Of a stretch of 64,000 nucleotides of DNA, positions 48,268 through 57,536 are shown in pieces. The DNA is from an uncultured candidate division Zixibacteria bacterium (GTDB lineage: Bacteria; Zixibacteria; MSB-5A5; GN15; FEB-12). The stretch covers positions 64,001 to 128,000 of the forward strand of contig OY760907.1 of assembly GCA_963664195.1 (NCBI GenBank), written 5' to 3'. Below the pieces are notes generated by a model. It saw only the letters and a list, made by a program, of their open reading frames with translations. It was not told where the DNA came from and did not search any database. A program made the translations under genes and the position numbers. Position 1 is the stretch's first letter. Each line of letters opens with the position of its first letter.

Positions 48268-49650
48268 CTACTTGTGAACTCGGCGAATGAACTCCTCGAC
48301 TTCGGGCACACCGCCCTGTAAGATCAGGTAGCCGTTGTACGGCTCGCGCTCCGTAATGTCGTTGCAGATCGGGGTGAGCATTAGCTCCTTGACCTTCTCC
48401 AGATCGTTCGTCTGTCCCAGCGCCCAGCCGAGTTTCACGTAAGCAACTTCCGGCAGCATATTTTCGGTCGGGATGATCCCTTTGGCCATCAGGTCACGGC
48501 CCGTGTCGTATACGAACATGTGGACATATCCCCACAACGTCTGAACCGTCATGTAAATCGCCACACCTGCTTTGGTCGCACGCTCAATCGCCGGATAGAC
48601 CGGCTTGTTGACATGCCCCAGTCCGGTGCCGGCAATGACAATCCCCTTGTAGCCGTTGTCCACGAGAGAATCAATGATGTCCGGCTGCATGTTCGGATAG
48701 TAATACAACAGCGAGACCTTCTCTTCGAAGTGCGGCAAGATGGTCACATCACGATCCTTGCGTCGCCTGGCGTAACCCTGTTTCAGCGGTGTGATCGTTT
48801 GGCGGTCAACGGTAGCAATGGGAATGTCGCCCAGCGTTCTGAAAGTCGAACGATACGAAGAGTGCATCTTACGCACTCGCGTTCCCTGATGCAAAAGACC
48901 GTATTCATCCGAGGTCGGCCCGAACATACAAACGAGCACTTCGGCAATGTCCGACTCGGCGGCAGTCTTGGTTGCGTGAATGAGATTCAGCGCAGCATCC
49001 GATGACGGCCGGTCTGAAGACCTCTGTGAGCCGACAATCACGATCGGGACCGGGGAATTCTGCACCATGAAGCTGAGCGCTGCGGCTGTATGGTGCATAG
49101 TGTCTGTGCCGTGACCGATGACGATACCATCGATACCTGCTTCAATCTGCTTGCCGATTTCAATCGCCAGCTTTTTGTACTGCTCCGGTCCCATGTTCTC
49201 GCTGAACACAGCGAAGAGCTTGTCAGTGGTCAGATTACAAATGTCGGCCAGTTCGGGAACAGCGCCGTACAGTTCGCCCGGTGAAAATGCCGGAATCACG
49301 GCGCCGGTGCGGTAGTCGAGACGCGACGCAATCGTGCCGCCGGTGCCAAACAACTTGATATTCGGTTTGCCCTCGGAGATCGGGAATTCCTTCTCCGGGA
49401 TTTTGTAATGGGCCTCTTTCATGCCCTCGCTGTGGATATCGAGAATCGTGGCAATATCGATACCGATGTTGTAGCCGGTGATAAGCTTCAGAACGATATG
49501 CTGATCGTCATCGTTTTCGGAGCGCGGAAGAATGATGCCTTTAAACTCACCGCGAGTCGTTTTGACGACCGTGTCGCTCCAGACTGGCACGTCGAATTTC
49601 TCCAGCGTTGCGCGGGCACCGCCTTTGTAGCCTTTCAAGGTGTCACTCAT
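48268..49650 (-). CDS. gatD: Glu-tRNA(Gln) amidotransferase subunit D
   Basis: N-terminal VLKLITGYNIG domain; TGGTIASRLDYRTGAV, HGTDTM, GSQRSSDRPSSD, RVRKMHSSYR, MLPEVAYVKLGW. Confidence 0.92.
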   Translation of the reverse strand: MSDTLKGYKGGARATLEKFDVPVWSDTVVKTTRGEFKGIILPRSENDDDQHIVLKLITGYNIGIDIATILDIHSEGMKEAHYKIPEKEFPISEGKPNIKLFGTGGTIASRLDYRTGAVIPAFSPGELYGAVPELADICNLTTDKLFAVFSENMGPEQYKKLAIEIGKQIEAGIDGIVIGHGTDTMHHTAAALSFMVQNSPVPIVIVGSQRSSDRPSSDAALNLIHATKTAAESDIAEVLVCMFGPTSDEYGLLHQGTRVRKMHSSYRSTFRTLGDIPIATVDRQTITPLKQGYARRRKDRDVTILPHFEEKVSLLYYYPNMQPDIIDSLVDNGYKGIVIAGTGLGHVNKPVYPAIERATKAGVAIYMTVQTLWGYVHMFVYDTGRDLMAKGIIPTENMLPEVAYVKLGWALGQTNDLEKVKELMLTPICNDITEREPYNGYLILQGGVPEVEEFIRRVHK

Positions 49651-51649
49651 GGCAGGCCTCCTTCTCTACGCATTCGACCAGTTCCTTCAGCGAAACCTTG
49701 CCCGGAGCAAACTTTCGGAGCTGTCCCATGATCCAGCGCATGCGAGCACCGTTGTTGTCGTTTTTCTTCACCTCATCGAAACGCCTGCTGAGTTCCGGTA
49801 TCTCGGGGCACAGCTCTTCGCGGCTCTTGAGTTCCAAATCGAGATCGCCGAGCAAGGACTCAAAGGAGGCTTGTGGGTTTTCATAAACGCCGGGGAGCAA
49901 TCTCTTGACGAGTCCCTTGTCCAATCCTTGATCGTGTACAAACTTGCAGAGATCGACAACGCGATCGTGTGAGAAGTCAGCCTGGCGAGCGTGGCGTCTC
50001 CGGATGCCTTTGTACGTATGACCGAACAGGGTGCCGACAAACGAGGCTGGCCAGTCGGTGTGGTCGATGGTTTGCTCGATCAACGGCAGGAGACTGCGAG
50101 TGAGCAGATAGTAATATGTGTCTTCGGGGATATTCCAACCGCGAAGCTTCTCAAGCAATTCTGTCAGCGGCGCGGGAAGGCCTTTTCGCTTTTCTTCTAT
50201 CAGCTCATCGCTGATCGACAGCGGTGCTGAGTCGGTGTCGGGATACATGCGGTCCGGTCCCGGCAAGACGCGTTCAAACAACGTTGTACCGTCGCGAAGA
50301 GACTTACGGGTTTCATTCGGAACCCCCTCGAAAGCCATTTCGCAACGTTCCTGTAAAATCTCGAGAGCGGTGTCGATGTCTCGATCCTCTCCCCAGATCA
50401 ACAGTTGGGCGTCACTATCGCCCGCTTCCAGCAACTCACGCAGCTTACCCAAATCGATAGCGGTCAGTGGCTGGGCAGTCTGTTCGGAATGAATAACGTT
50501 TGGTCTTTCGAGGCAGGCGATCACTTTCAAGCGGCCACTCAGTTCATCGACAAACGTCTGCCCCGGCTGAGTGAAATGCGACAGCATACCCTTGAACTCC
50601 GGCAGATTGACGGCGGTGAGACGCTGCTTGCCGGTCCCCGCTGCAAACGGAAGCCCGTGCTCGAAATCATCGAGCGAGACGTCCTTCCAGTTCAGCTTCC
50701 ACTCTGACGGATTGCCAACCCGCTTGCGGAGTTCGTCGGCAATGACCAGCAACGACTTCTGGCGAAACGCCTCGTTGTGGGTCAGTTCGGGAATCCACGA
50801 AATGTGCGAAACGCCTTTGATTTCAATACGAGTGCCACCGGTTATGCTGACATTCACGTCCTGACGTCCGGCACCGATCCCCGTGCGTACGTGGCCCGTG
50901 GTCCGGCAACCAAGTCTGAGCATCTGCCCTGCCTCGGCGGACTCATCTGGCGTGAGCATGTCAGGATATGTCACCATTTCGATTAGCGGCATTCCCAGAC
51001 GGTCGGTAGTGTAGATTCGGTCATGACCGACGTCGGCGACCTCGCGGCAGGAATCTTCCTCGATACTCAACTGAATGATTCGGACTTTCTTCTTCCTGAG
51101 AGAAATCTCACCCTCGATCCCGACGATTGCAGTTCGCTGGAAGCCGGTCGGGATGGAGCCGTCGAGATACTGCTTTCTGGTGATATGCAGTTCACCGACC
51201 ACGTTTGTCCCCAAGAGAAGGGAAATCTCAATGGCGATCCCCAGCGCTTCCCGATTGATCTTGAATGGCGGGGTGTCATCGACCTCGTACGTACAGGCCG
51301 TTTCGTTTTTGAGCCGGTAGGTGATTACCTTCCGGGTCCGTTTCTCCATCAGGGCGGTGCCGTCATACTCCCCCATCTCACTGAGCGTGGGGCGCATGTG
51401 GCGGATGACCTCGGCGTCGAAGTCGTTCCCTTTCTGGTATATCCCGGCAGGGCAATGACAGAACAGCTTCTTCTCTGTCAGGAGTTGCTGGTGAATTTCA
51501 AGGCCGCACTTGAAGCCGAGGCGAGCGTAAACATCGCTGTCAGCTTCGGAACGTGGAACATAGCCCACCTGTTGTCGGGTGGTCACGTAGTTCACGTCTC
51601 CGTCGAATGTGCGGTCGATATTGGAAATATCCGAGGTAGAGCGCGTCAT
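49643..51649 (-). CDS. gatE: Glu-tRNA(Gln) amidotransferase subunit E
   Basis: KCGLEIHQQL..KLFC.CP, RPTLSEMGEYD, DGSIPTGFQRT, DRLGMPLIE, GIGAGRQDVNVSI, GVPNETR, PGPDRMYPDTD; ATG 51649. Confidence 0.93.
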   Translation of the reverse strand: MTRSTSDISNIDRTFDGDVNYVTTRQQVGYVPRSEADSDVYARLGFKCGLEIHQQLLTEKKLFCHCPAGIYQKGNDFDAEVIRHMRPTLSEMGEYDGTALMEKRTRKVITYRLKNETACTYEVDDTPPFKINREALGIAIEISLLLGTNVVGELHITRKQYLDGSIPTGFQRTAIVGIEGEISLRKKKVRIIQLSIEEDSCREVADVGHDRIYTTDRLGMPLIEMVTYPDMLTPDESAEAGQMLRLGCRTTGHVRTGIGAGRQDVNVSITGGTRIEIKGVSHISWIPELTHNEAFRQKSLLVIADELRKRVGNPSEWKLNWKDVSLDDFEHGLPFAAGTGKQRLTAVNLPEFKGMLSHFTQPGQTFVDELSGRLKVIACLERPNVIHSEQTAQPLTAIDLGKLRELLEAGDSDAQLLIWGEDRDIDTALEILQERCEMAFEGVPNETRKSLRDGTTLFERVLPGPDRMYPDTDSAPLSISDELIEEKRKGLPAPLTELLEKLRGWNIPEDTYYYLLTRSLLPLIEQTIDHTDWPASFVGTLFGHTYKGIRRRHARQADFSHDRVVDLCKFVHDQGLDKGLVKRLLPGVYENPQASFESLLGDLDLELKSREELCPEIPELSRRFDEVKKNDNNGARMRWIMGQLRKFAPGKVSLKELVECVEKEACHE

Positions 51650-52129
51650 TATCGAGGTCTTTCGATTCGGCCGGAAAGTGCTGCCAGTACTGGCTTTACT
51701 CCGACCGAGCAAGGTTTTCCAGTCATATCTATCGGGGCAAGGATACGAGGAAATCCCGAATTAGCAAAGCGGTTTTTTGACCCGGGATGGCTCAGTTATC
51801 GGAAACAAAGGTGCTCCCGGCGCAGTCGAATCAAGATAATAACAAATATGGTAGAAATTCGAACCGGGCGCGGTATCGTTTGTGTGTTTGGCCATCCACC
51901 TGAATCAAGATATTGTCAATTACTGGCAGGCAGCAACTGCCACGGCAATCTAACTACTTGCGCGAGAGATCGTTACCGCACCGCAATCGCTAGATAGTGG
52001 ACTGCATTATCAATTGTGGCGGATGCGCTTTCTTAGTACGATATTAATACTGAAAAGGGTTTGCGTAATTTTCGATTTCGTATACATTGGCATCCCTGTA
52101 ACATTAACTGTCCTTTAGGATAACACGGA

Positions 52130-53680
52130 ATGGCTGAGTCCAAGATAGAGCGACTGAAGAAACTGCGAAGCAAGCTGGTCCAGGGCGGCGGTGAAAAACG
52201 CATCGCCAAACAGCACGACGCAGGCAAGCTGACTGCCCGCGAACGAATAGACCTCCTCTTTGAAGAGGACACGTTTCGCGAGTCCCTACTGTTCATGAAA
52301 CATCGGTGCACCCAGTTTGGTGTCATCGACAAGGAGTTTCCTGGCGAAGGTGTCGTCACCGGTCACGGTATTGTCGATGGCCGTCCGGTATATGTGGCCT
52401 CGCAGGATTTCACGGTAGCGGGCGGATCGGTCGGTGAGGCCACCGGCAGAAAGATCTCCGAGGCCATGGATGCCGCGCTCAAGACCGGCGACCCGCTGGT
52501 AATGATCAACGACTCCGGCGGCGCACGTATTCAGGAAGGCGTTGACTCGCTCTCCGGGTATGGCGGCATTTTCTACCGCAACGTGCTCCTCTCCGGCGTG
52601 GTGCCGCAAATCAGCATCATAGCAGGACCGTGCGCAGGCGGTGCGGCTTACTCCCCTGCCCTGACAGATTTTATCATCCAGATCCGGGGAGAAGGGCAAA
52701 TGTATATCACTGGCCCGCTGGTGATCAAGCAGGTGACAGGCGAAGACATCACCGCCGAGCAGTTGGGAGGTGTGGAATCACACACTCGCTATTCAGGCGT
52801 GGTACATTTCATCGCCGAAGATGACGAAGACGCAATCGACATCACCAAGCGTCTGCTGTCATTCCTGCCGAGCAACAACACCGAGGACCCGCCTTTCCTG
52901 GCCGATCAACACGACGAAGAAATGCTGCCCGATGAAGACATGAACGATATTGTGCCGGAAGATCCGGGCGAGCCGTACGATATGCACGATGTGATTGCCG
53001 GCATCGTCGACAACGAAGACTTTTTGGAGATTCAGGAACACTTCGCGCCAAATATCATCTGTGGGTTCGGTCGTCTGGCGGGCAGTTCAATAGGCGTAGT
53101 GGCCAATCAACCGATGCACAAGGCAGGCGTGCTGGATATTGACTCCTCCAGCAAGGCTGCCCGTTTCATCCGTTTCTGCAACGCCTTCAATATTCCGATC
53201 GTGACATTTGTTGACGTTCCGGGGTTCATGCCCGGCGTCCAGCAGGAGTACGGCGGCATTATCCGGCACGGTGCCAAGATGCTGTTTGCCTACGCGGCGG
53301 CGACGGTGCCGAAACTAACCGTGGTTGTTCGCAAAGCATACGGCGGCGCTTACCTGGCTATGTGCGCCAAGAGCATGGGAGCAGATACGCTGGTGGCATG
53401 GCCATCGGCTGAAATCGCTGTGATGGGTGCCGAGGGTGCAGTCAACGTGCTCTACCGCAAAGAAATCAGCGCGGCTGACGATCCGGACACAGAACGCACT
53501 AGACTGCTCAAGGAATACAAAGACAATTTCGCCAATCCGTATTTCGCCGCTGCTCACGGTCTGGTCGATGAGATTCTCGATCCGGCGGACACGAGAGCCT
53601 ATCTGGCCGCAACGCTCGACGTACTCAAGGCGAAACGCGAATTCCGTCCCCAGAAGAAGCACGGACTGATACCCCTGTAG
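52130..53680 (+). CDS. mmdA: Methylmalonyl-CoA decarboxylase alpha subunit (carboxyltransferase)
   Basis: GKLTARERI, DSGGARIQEG, GPCAGGA, DVPGFMPG, KAYGGAY, KKHGLIPL; operon context. Confidence 0.88.
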   Translation: MAESKIERLKKLRSKLVQGGGEKRIAKQHDAGKLTARERIDLLFEEDTFRESLLFMKHRCTQFGVIDKEFPGEGVVTGHGIVDGRPVYVASQDFTVAGGSVGEATGRKISEAMDAALKTGDPLVMINDSGGARIQEGVDSLSGYGGIFYRNVLLSGVVPQISIIAGPCAGGAAYSPALTDFIIQIRGEGQMYITGPLVIKQVTGEDITAEQLGGVESHTRYSGVVHFIAEDDEDAIDITKRLLSFLPSNNTEDPPFLADQHDEEMLPDEDMNDIVPEDPGEPYDMHDVIAGIVDNEDFLEIQEHFAPNIICGFGRLAGSSIGVVANQPMHKAGVLDIDSSSKAARFIRFCNAFNIPIVTFVDVPGFMPGVQQEYGGIIRHGAKMLFAYAAATVPKLTVVVRKAYGGAYLAMCAKSMGADTLVAWPSAEIAVMGAEGAVNVLYRKEISAADDPDTERTRLLKEYKDNFANPYFAAAHGLVDEILDPADTRAYLAATLDVLKAKREFRPQKKHGLIPL

Positions 53681-53698
53681 GGGAGAAGGAGCACACGC

Positions 53699-54043
53699 AT
53701 GTCTGAAGAGATACTGTTTTCGCTCAGTCTCGCCGGGATCGGGATATCGATTGTCTTTGGAGTATTGTCGCTCATTGCGGTAGTTGTTTCGCTGATTCGA
53801 AAGCTTGACGATAGCTGGCAAAGGCACGAGCACAAAGAAAAGCAGGAAGCGGTCAACAAAGAACCGAGTATCGATAACCTCACCGTGGTGCTGATCTCCG
53901 CGGCGGTGGCGACCATGGTTGCCGGGCGGTATCACATCCGCAGTGTCCGTCGCCTGCTCCCATCGGACTCCGTACGCGGCCCGTGGTCAGCCCAGGGTCG
54001 AGCGGTGCTCCACGGTTCGCATATCGTTTCCAAGCATAGATAA
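53699..54043 (+). CDS. mmdD: OadG/MmdD family decarboxylase small membrane subunit
   Basis: GISIVFGVL TM, VVLISAAV, PWSAQGR. Confidence 0.8.
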   Translation: MSEEILFSLSLAGIGISIVFGVLSLIAVVVSLIRKLDDSWQRHEHKEKQEAVNKEPSIDNLTVVLISAAVATMVAGRYHIRSVRRLLPSDSVRGPWSAQGRAVLHGSHIVSKHR

Positions 54044-54090
54044 CAACAGGTTCATTGATTAGCAGATATTCGTATTGCAGGAGATAGAGA

Positions 54091-54483
54091 ATGAAACTGA
54101 AGATCACGGTCCACGGAGTCGCTTACGAAGTCGACGTGGAAGTACTTGACGCGGGTGATGGTTTCCCGAATCCGGCCAAAAACCGACGCAGAACGCCACG
54201 CTCGAATACGGGCGAGATTCCTCCGCCGCCTCCCACGGCAGGCCCGGCCCCGACGTCTTCTGGAACCGAAGGCGGTGCGGTGGCCTCCCCAATCGCAGGC
54301 ACGGTGCTTGAAGTGAAGTGCAAACCGGGCGATACGGTCACCGAAAACCAGGTTCTCCTGGTTATCGAGGCCATGAAAATGAAGACTTCGATTGCCGCTC
54401 CGACCGCTGGCAAGGTCAAATCCGTGCCGGTTGCCGCCGGAGATACGGTCCGCGAAAGCCAAACCCTCGTTGAATTCGAATAG
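54091..54483 (+). CDS. mmdC: Biotin carboxyl carrier subunit
   Basis: KITVHGVAYEVDVE, Pro-rich linker, IEAMKM biotinylation motif. Confidence 0.92.
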   Translation: MKLKITVHGVAYEVDVEVLDAGDGFPNPAKNRRRTPRSNTGEIPPPPPTAGPAPTSSGTEGGAVASPIAGTVLEVKCKPGDTVTENQVLLVIEAMKMKTSIAAPTAGKVKSVPVAAGDTVRESQTLVEFE

Positions 54484-54503
54484 GGCAGCCCGGAATATAA
54501 CCA

Positions 54504-55628
54504 ATGGATATTCTCTTTGATTTCATCCAGGCCGGCGCGATGGGCAACTTCACCTGGGGCAACTTCGCCATGTTGCTGGTCGGCTGCCTGTTCATTTACC
54601 TCGGCATCGCCAAGGACTATGAACCGCTGCTGCTGGTGCCAATCGGATTCGGCATCTTGGTAGGAAACATCCCGTTTGCCGCCGGCATGCGGATCGGTAT
54701 CTACGAAGAAGGCAGTATCCTCTCGATCCTTTACACTGGCGTAACACAGGGATGGTACCCGTCGCTAATTTTCCTCGGGATTGGCGCCATGACGGACTTC
54801 TCGTGCATGCTGGCCAATCCTCGACTGATCCTGCTCGGAGCAGCGGCGCAGGCAGGGATATTCCTGACCTTCCTTGGCGCTGTCGCACTCGGTTTTGTGT
54901 ACAAAGACGCCGCTGCAATTGGGATTATCGGAGGTGCTGACGGTCCCACGGCCATTTTCTTGTCATCAAAGCTGGCCCCGCACCTGCTGGGAGCAATTGC
55001 CGTCTCGGCATACTCATACATGGCCCTTGTCCCTGTAATACAACCGCCGATCATCAAACTGTTGACGACCAAAAAAGAGCGCCTCATCCGTATGAAGCCG
55101 TCGAAACCGGTGAGCAAGCGTCTGAGAATCCTCTTCCCTATAGTCGCGTTTCTGATTACGGGCTTCATTGCTCCCGGATCGCTGAACCTTCTGGGGTTCC
55201 TGTTCTTCGGCAACCTGCTGAAAGAATGCGGTGTCACAGAGAGATTGGCCGCCACGGCGCGAACGGCGTTCATCGATATGATTACGATTCTTCTCGGCCT
55301 GACAGTAGGTGCGTCGACTGACGCCAGCCGATTCCTGACGCCGGCCTCGATCAAGATTTTCATTCTTGGCGCAGCCTCGTTCTGTATCGCAACCGCGGCC
55401 GGAGTGTTGTTTGCCAAGCTGATGAATGTCGTCATGAAAACGAAGATCAATCCGATCATCGGCGCGGCCGGTGTATCGGCCGTGCCGGACTCGGCGCGTG
55501 TCTGTCAAATGGTGGGCGCAAGAGAGGACCCGAACAACTTCCTCATCATGCACGCTATGGCACCCAATGTTGCCGGTGTGATCGGCTCTGCGGTAGGAGC
55601 GGGTATTTTGTTGGCAACGTTCGGATAG
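54504..55628 (+). CDS. mmdB: Na+-translocating decarboxylase beta subunit
   Basis: EPLLLVPIGFG, GIIGGADGPTAI, AYSYMALVP, GAAGVSAVP, HAMAPNVAGVIGS. Confidence 0.95.
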   Translation: MDILFDFIQAGAMGNFTWGNFAMLLVGCLFIYLGIAKDYEPLLLVPIGFGILVGNIPFAAGMRIGIYEEGSILSILYTGVTQGWYPSLIFLGIGAMTDFSCMLANPRLILLGAAAQAGIFLTFLGAVALGFVYKDAAAIGIIGGADGPTAIFLSSKLAPHLLGAIAVSAYSYMALVPVIQPPIIKLLTTKKERLIRMKPSKPVSKRLRILFPIVAFLITGFIAPGSLNLLGFLFFGNLLKECGVTERLAATARTAFIDMITILLGLTVGASTDASRFLTPASIKIFILGAASFCIATAAGVLFAKLMNVVMKTKINPIIGAAGVSAVPDSARVCQMVGAREDPNNFLIMHAMAPNVAGVIGSAVGAGILLATFG

Positions 55629-55679
55629 GACGAGATTCGATAGTCCTGTGCCGCACTCCTCGGGGTGCGAATATGATAG

Positions 55680-55715
55680 GAGGAAGCCCGCTCATCACGA
55701 GCGGGCTTTCCTCTT
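55680..55715. terminator. Terminator between convergent mmdB and mutase genes
   Basis: GAGGAAGCCCGCTC-atcac-GAGCGGGCTTTCCTC. Confidence 0.8.
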
Positions 55716-55757
55716 AGCCATCGTCCGCCTCCGGCGGACTCTCTTTATCGTCAACAG

Positions 55758-57332
55758 CTACGCGGTTGCTTCGTACTCTCCCCACTCGGCGCGGAAAACA
55801 TCAGCGATCTCGCCGACCGTACAGTAGGCCTCGACGGCTTCCACCACCGGGTACACGACATTGTTGCCGTTGTGAGCAGCCTCAGCGACCTTTTTGAGGC
55901 AGGCCTCGACGACAGCCGGGTCGCGCTCGGCTTTGAGTTTCTTAAGGGCCGTCACCTGCTGTTTCTCAAGATTCGGATCAACCTTAAGTACCTGCGGGAT
56001 GTCAACGGCCTGTTCCTGGTACCGGTTAACACCGATCACTATCCGTTCGCCCTTTTCGATATCCTGCTGGAAGCGGTAAGCTGCTCGGGCGATCTCCTCC
56101 TTGAAGTAACCGGTTTCGACACAAGCCACTGAGCCGCCCATTTCCTCGATCTTGTCCATGAGCGCCAGAGCCTCTTCCTCGGTCTTATTGGTGAGATACT
56201 CGACATAATACGACCCGGCCAGCGGATCGACTGTATTCGTGGCGCCTGATTCCTCGGCAAGCAACTGCTGGGTACGCAGGGCGATCTCGGCTGATTTCTC
56301 AGTGGGAAGACCGAGCGCTTCGTCGAACGAATTCGTGTGCAGCGACTGCGTCCCGCCCAACACGGCAGACATTGCCTGCACCGCGGTGCGGACGATATTG
56401 TTCTCAGGCTGCTGCGCGGTGAGAGTCGAACCGCCGGTCTGTGTGTGGAAACGCAGGAGAAGCGACTTTTCGTTTTTCGGGCTGAAGCGTTCCCGGACCT
56501 TCTTGGCCCAAATACGGCGCGCGGCACGGAACTTGGCAACTTCCTCGAAAAGGTCGTTGTGAGCCGCAAAGAAGAACGATAGTCTCGGCGCAAACTCATC
56601 AATATCCAACCCGGCCTCAAGGGCAGCCTCAGCATATGCGAGTGCGTCGGAAATCGTGAATGCGATTTCCTGTACGGCGGTCGCTCCGGCCTCACGGATA
56701 TGGTATCCGGAGATTGAGATCGTGTTGTATTTCGGGAGATGCTTGTTGGCGTAGGCAAAAATGTCGGTGATGATTTTCATCGACGGTTTCGGCGGCAGGA
56801 TGTACGTTCCGCGGGCGATGAATTCCTTGAGGATGTCATTCTGCACCGTGCCCATCAGTTTTTCGGTAGCAACCCCCTGCTTGTTGCCAACCGCGATGTA
56901 CATAGCAAGGAGGATCACCGCCGGAGCGTTGATGGTCATTGAAGTCGACACCTTGTCGAGCGGAATCTTGTGAAACAACGTTTCCATATCGGCCAGCGAA
57001 TCAATTGCCACACCGGTGCGGCCGACCTCACCAAGAGCCATCGGATGATCGGAGTCGTAACCGATCTGCGTGGCCAAATCAAAAGCCACGGAAAGACCGG
57101 TCTGTCCCTTATCCAGCAGATACCGAAAGCGTTCGTTGGTCTCAGCCGCGGTACCGAAACCTGCATACTGGCGCATAGTCCAGTAACGACCGCGGTACAT
57201 GTTTGGATAGACCCCTCTGGTGTAAGGGAATTGCCCCGGTACTCCCAGTTCATGGCTGTCGATCTTAACGTCGCCCTCCGTCAGCAGAACGGGGATTTCT
57301 ATACCTGAAGTTGTCTCTTTGTTTTTAGCCAT
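55758..57332 (-). CDS. Methylmalonyl-CoA mutase, substrate-binding (large) subunit, no B12-binding domain
   Basis: [47 protein letters not shown] 57332 after AGGAG. Confidence 0.93.
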   Translation of the reverse strand: MAKNKETTSGIEIPVLLTEGDVKIDSHELGVPGQFPYTRGVYPNMYRGRYWTMRQYAGFGTAAETNERFRYLLDKGQTGLSVAFDLATQIGYDSDHPMALGEVGRTGVAIDSLADMETLFHKIPLDKVSTSMTINAPAVILLAMYIAVGNKQGVATEKLMGTVQNDILKEFIARGTYILPPKPSMKIITDIFAYANKHLPKYNTISISGYHIREAGATAVQEIAFTISDALAYAEAALEAGLDIDEFAPRLSFFFAAHNDLFEEVAKFRAARRIWAKKVRERFSPKNEKSLLLRFHTQTGGSTLTAQQPENNIVRTAVQAMSAVLGGTQSLHTNSFDEALGLPTEKSAEIALRTQQLLAEESGATNTVDPLAGSYYVEYLTNKTEEEALALMDKIEEMGGSVACVETGYFKEEIARAAYRFQQDIEKGERIVIGVNRYQEQAVDIPQVLKVDPNLEKQQVTALKKLKAERDPAVVEACLKKVAEAAHNGNNVVYPVVEAVEAYCTVGEIADVFRAEWGEYEATA

Positions 57333-57481
57333 CACAGACTCCTGCTTCGTTAGAATCTGCCTTCTAGACCGGGCAGATTCTGTTTCGCGGAAGGATAACC
57401 AATCTATGAAAACTGGCAAGCGTTTTCTGGTAATACCGTGGTATCTTGTACAAGGTGTCACGAGCTTCGACAGCAAGAGGA

Positions 57482-57507
57482 CCGGACCGCCTTCAAAGAC
57501 GGTCCGG
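57482..57507 (-). terminator. Hairpin after secreted-protein gene
   Basis: CCGGACCG...CGGTCCGG. Confidence 0.55.
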
Positions 57508-57536
57508 CTGGAAAAAACCGGTACAGCTTGGAGAGA

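Noticed and set aside
48268..51649. Reading the pair as asparaginase AnsA plus GatB
   Set aside because: GatD-specific N-terminal domain and SQRSSDRPSSD are present; GatB KNYFYPD motif is absent and GatE DGS..GFQRT is present
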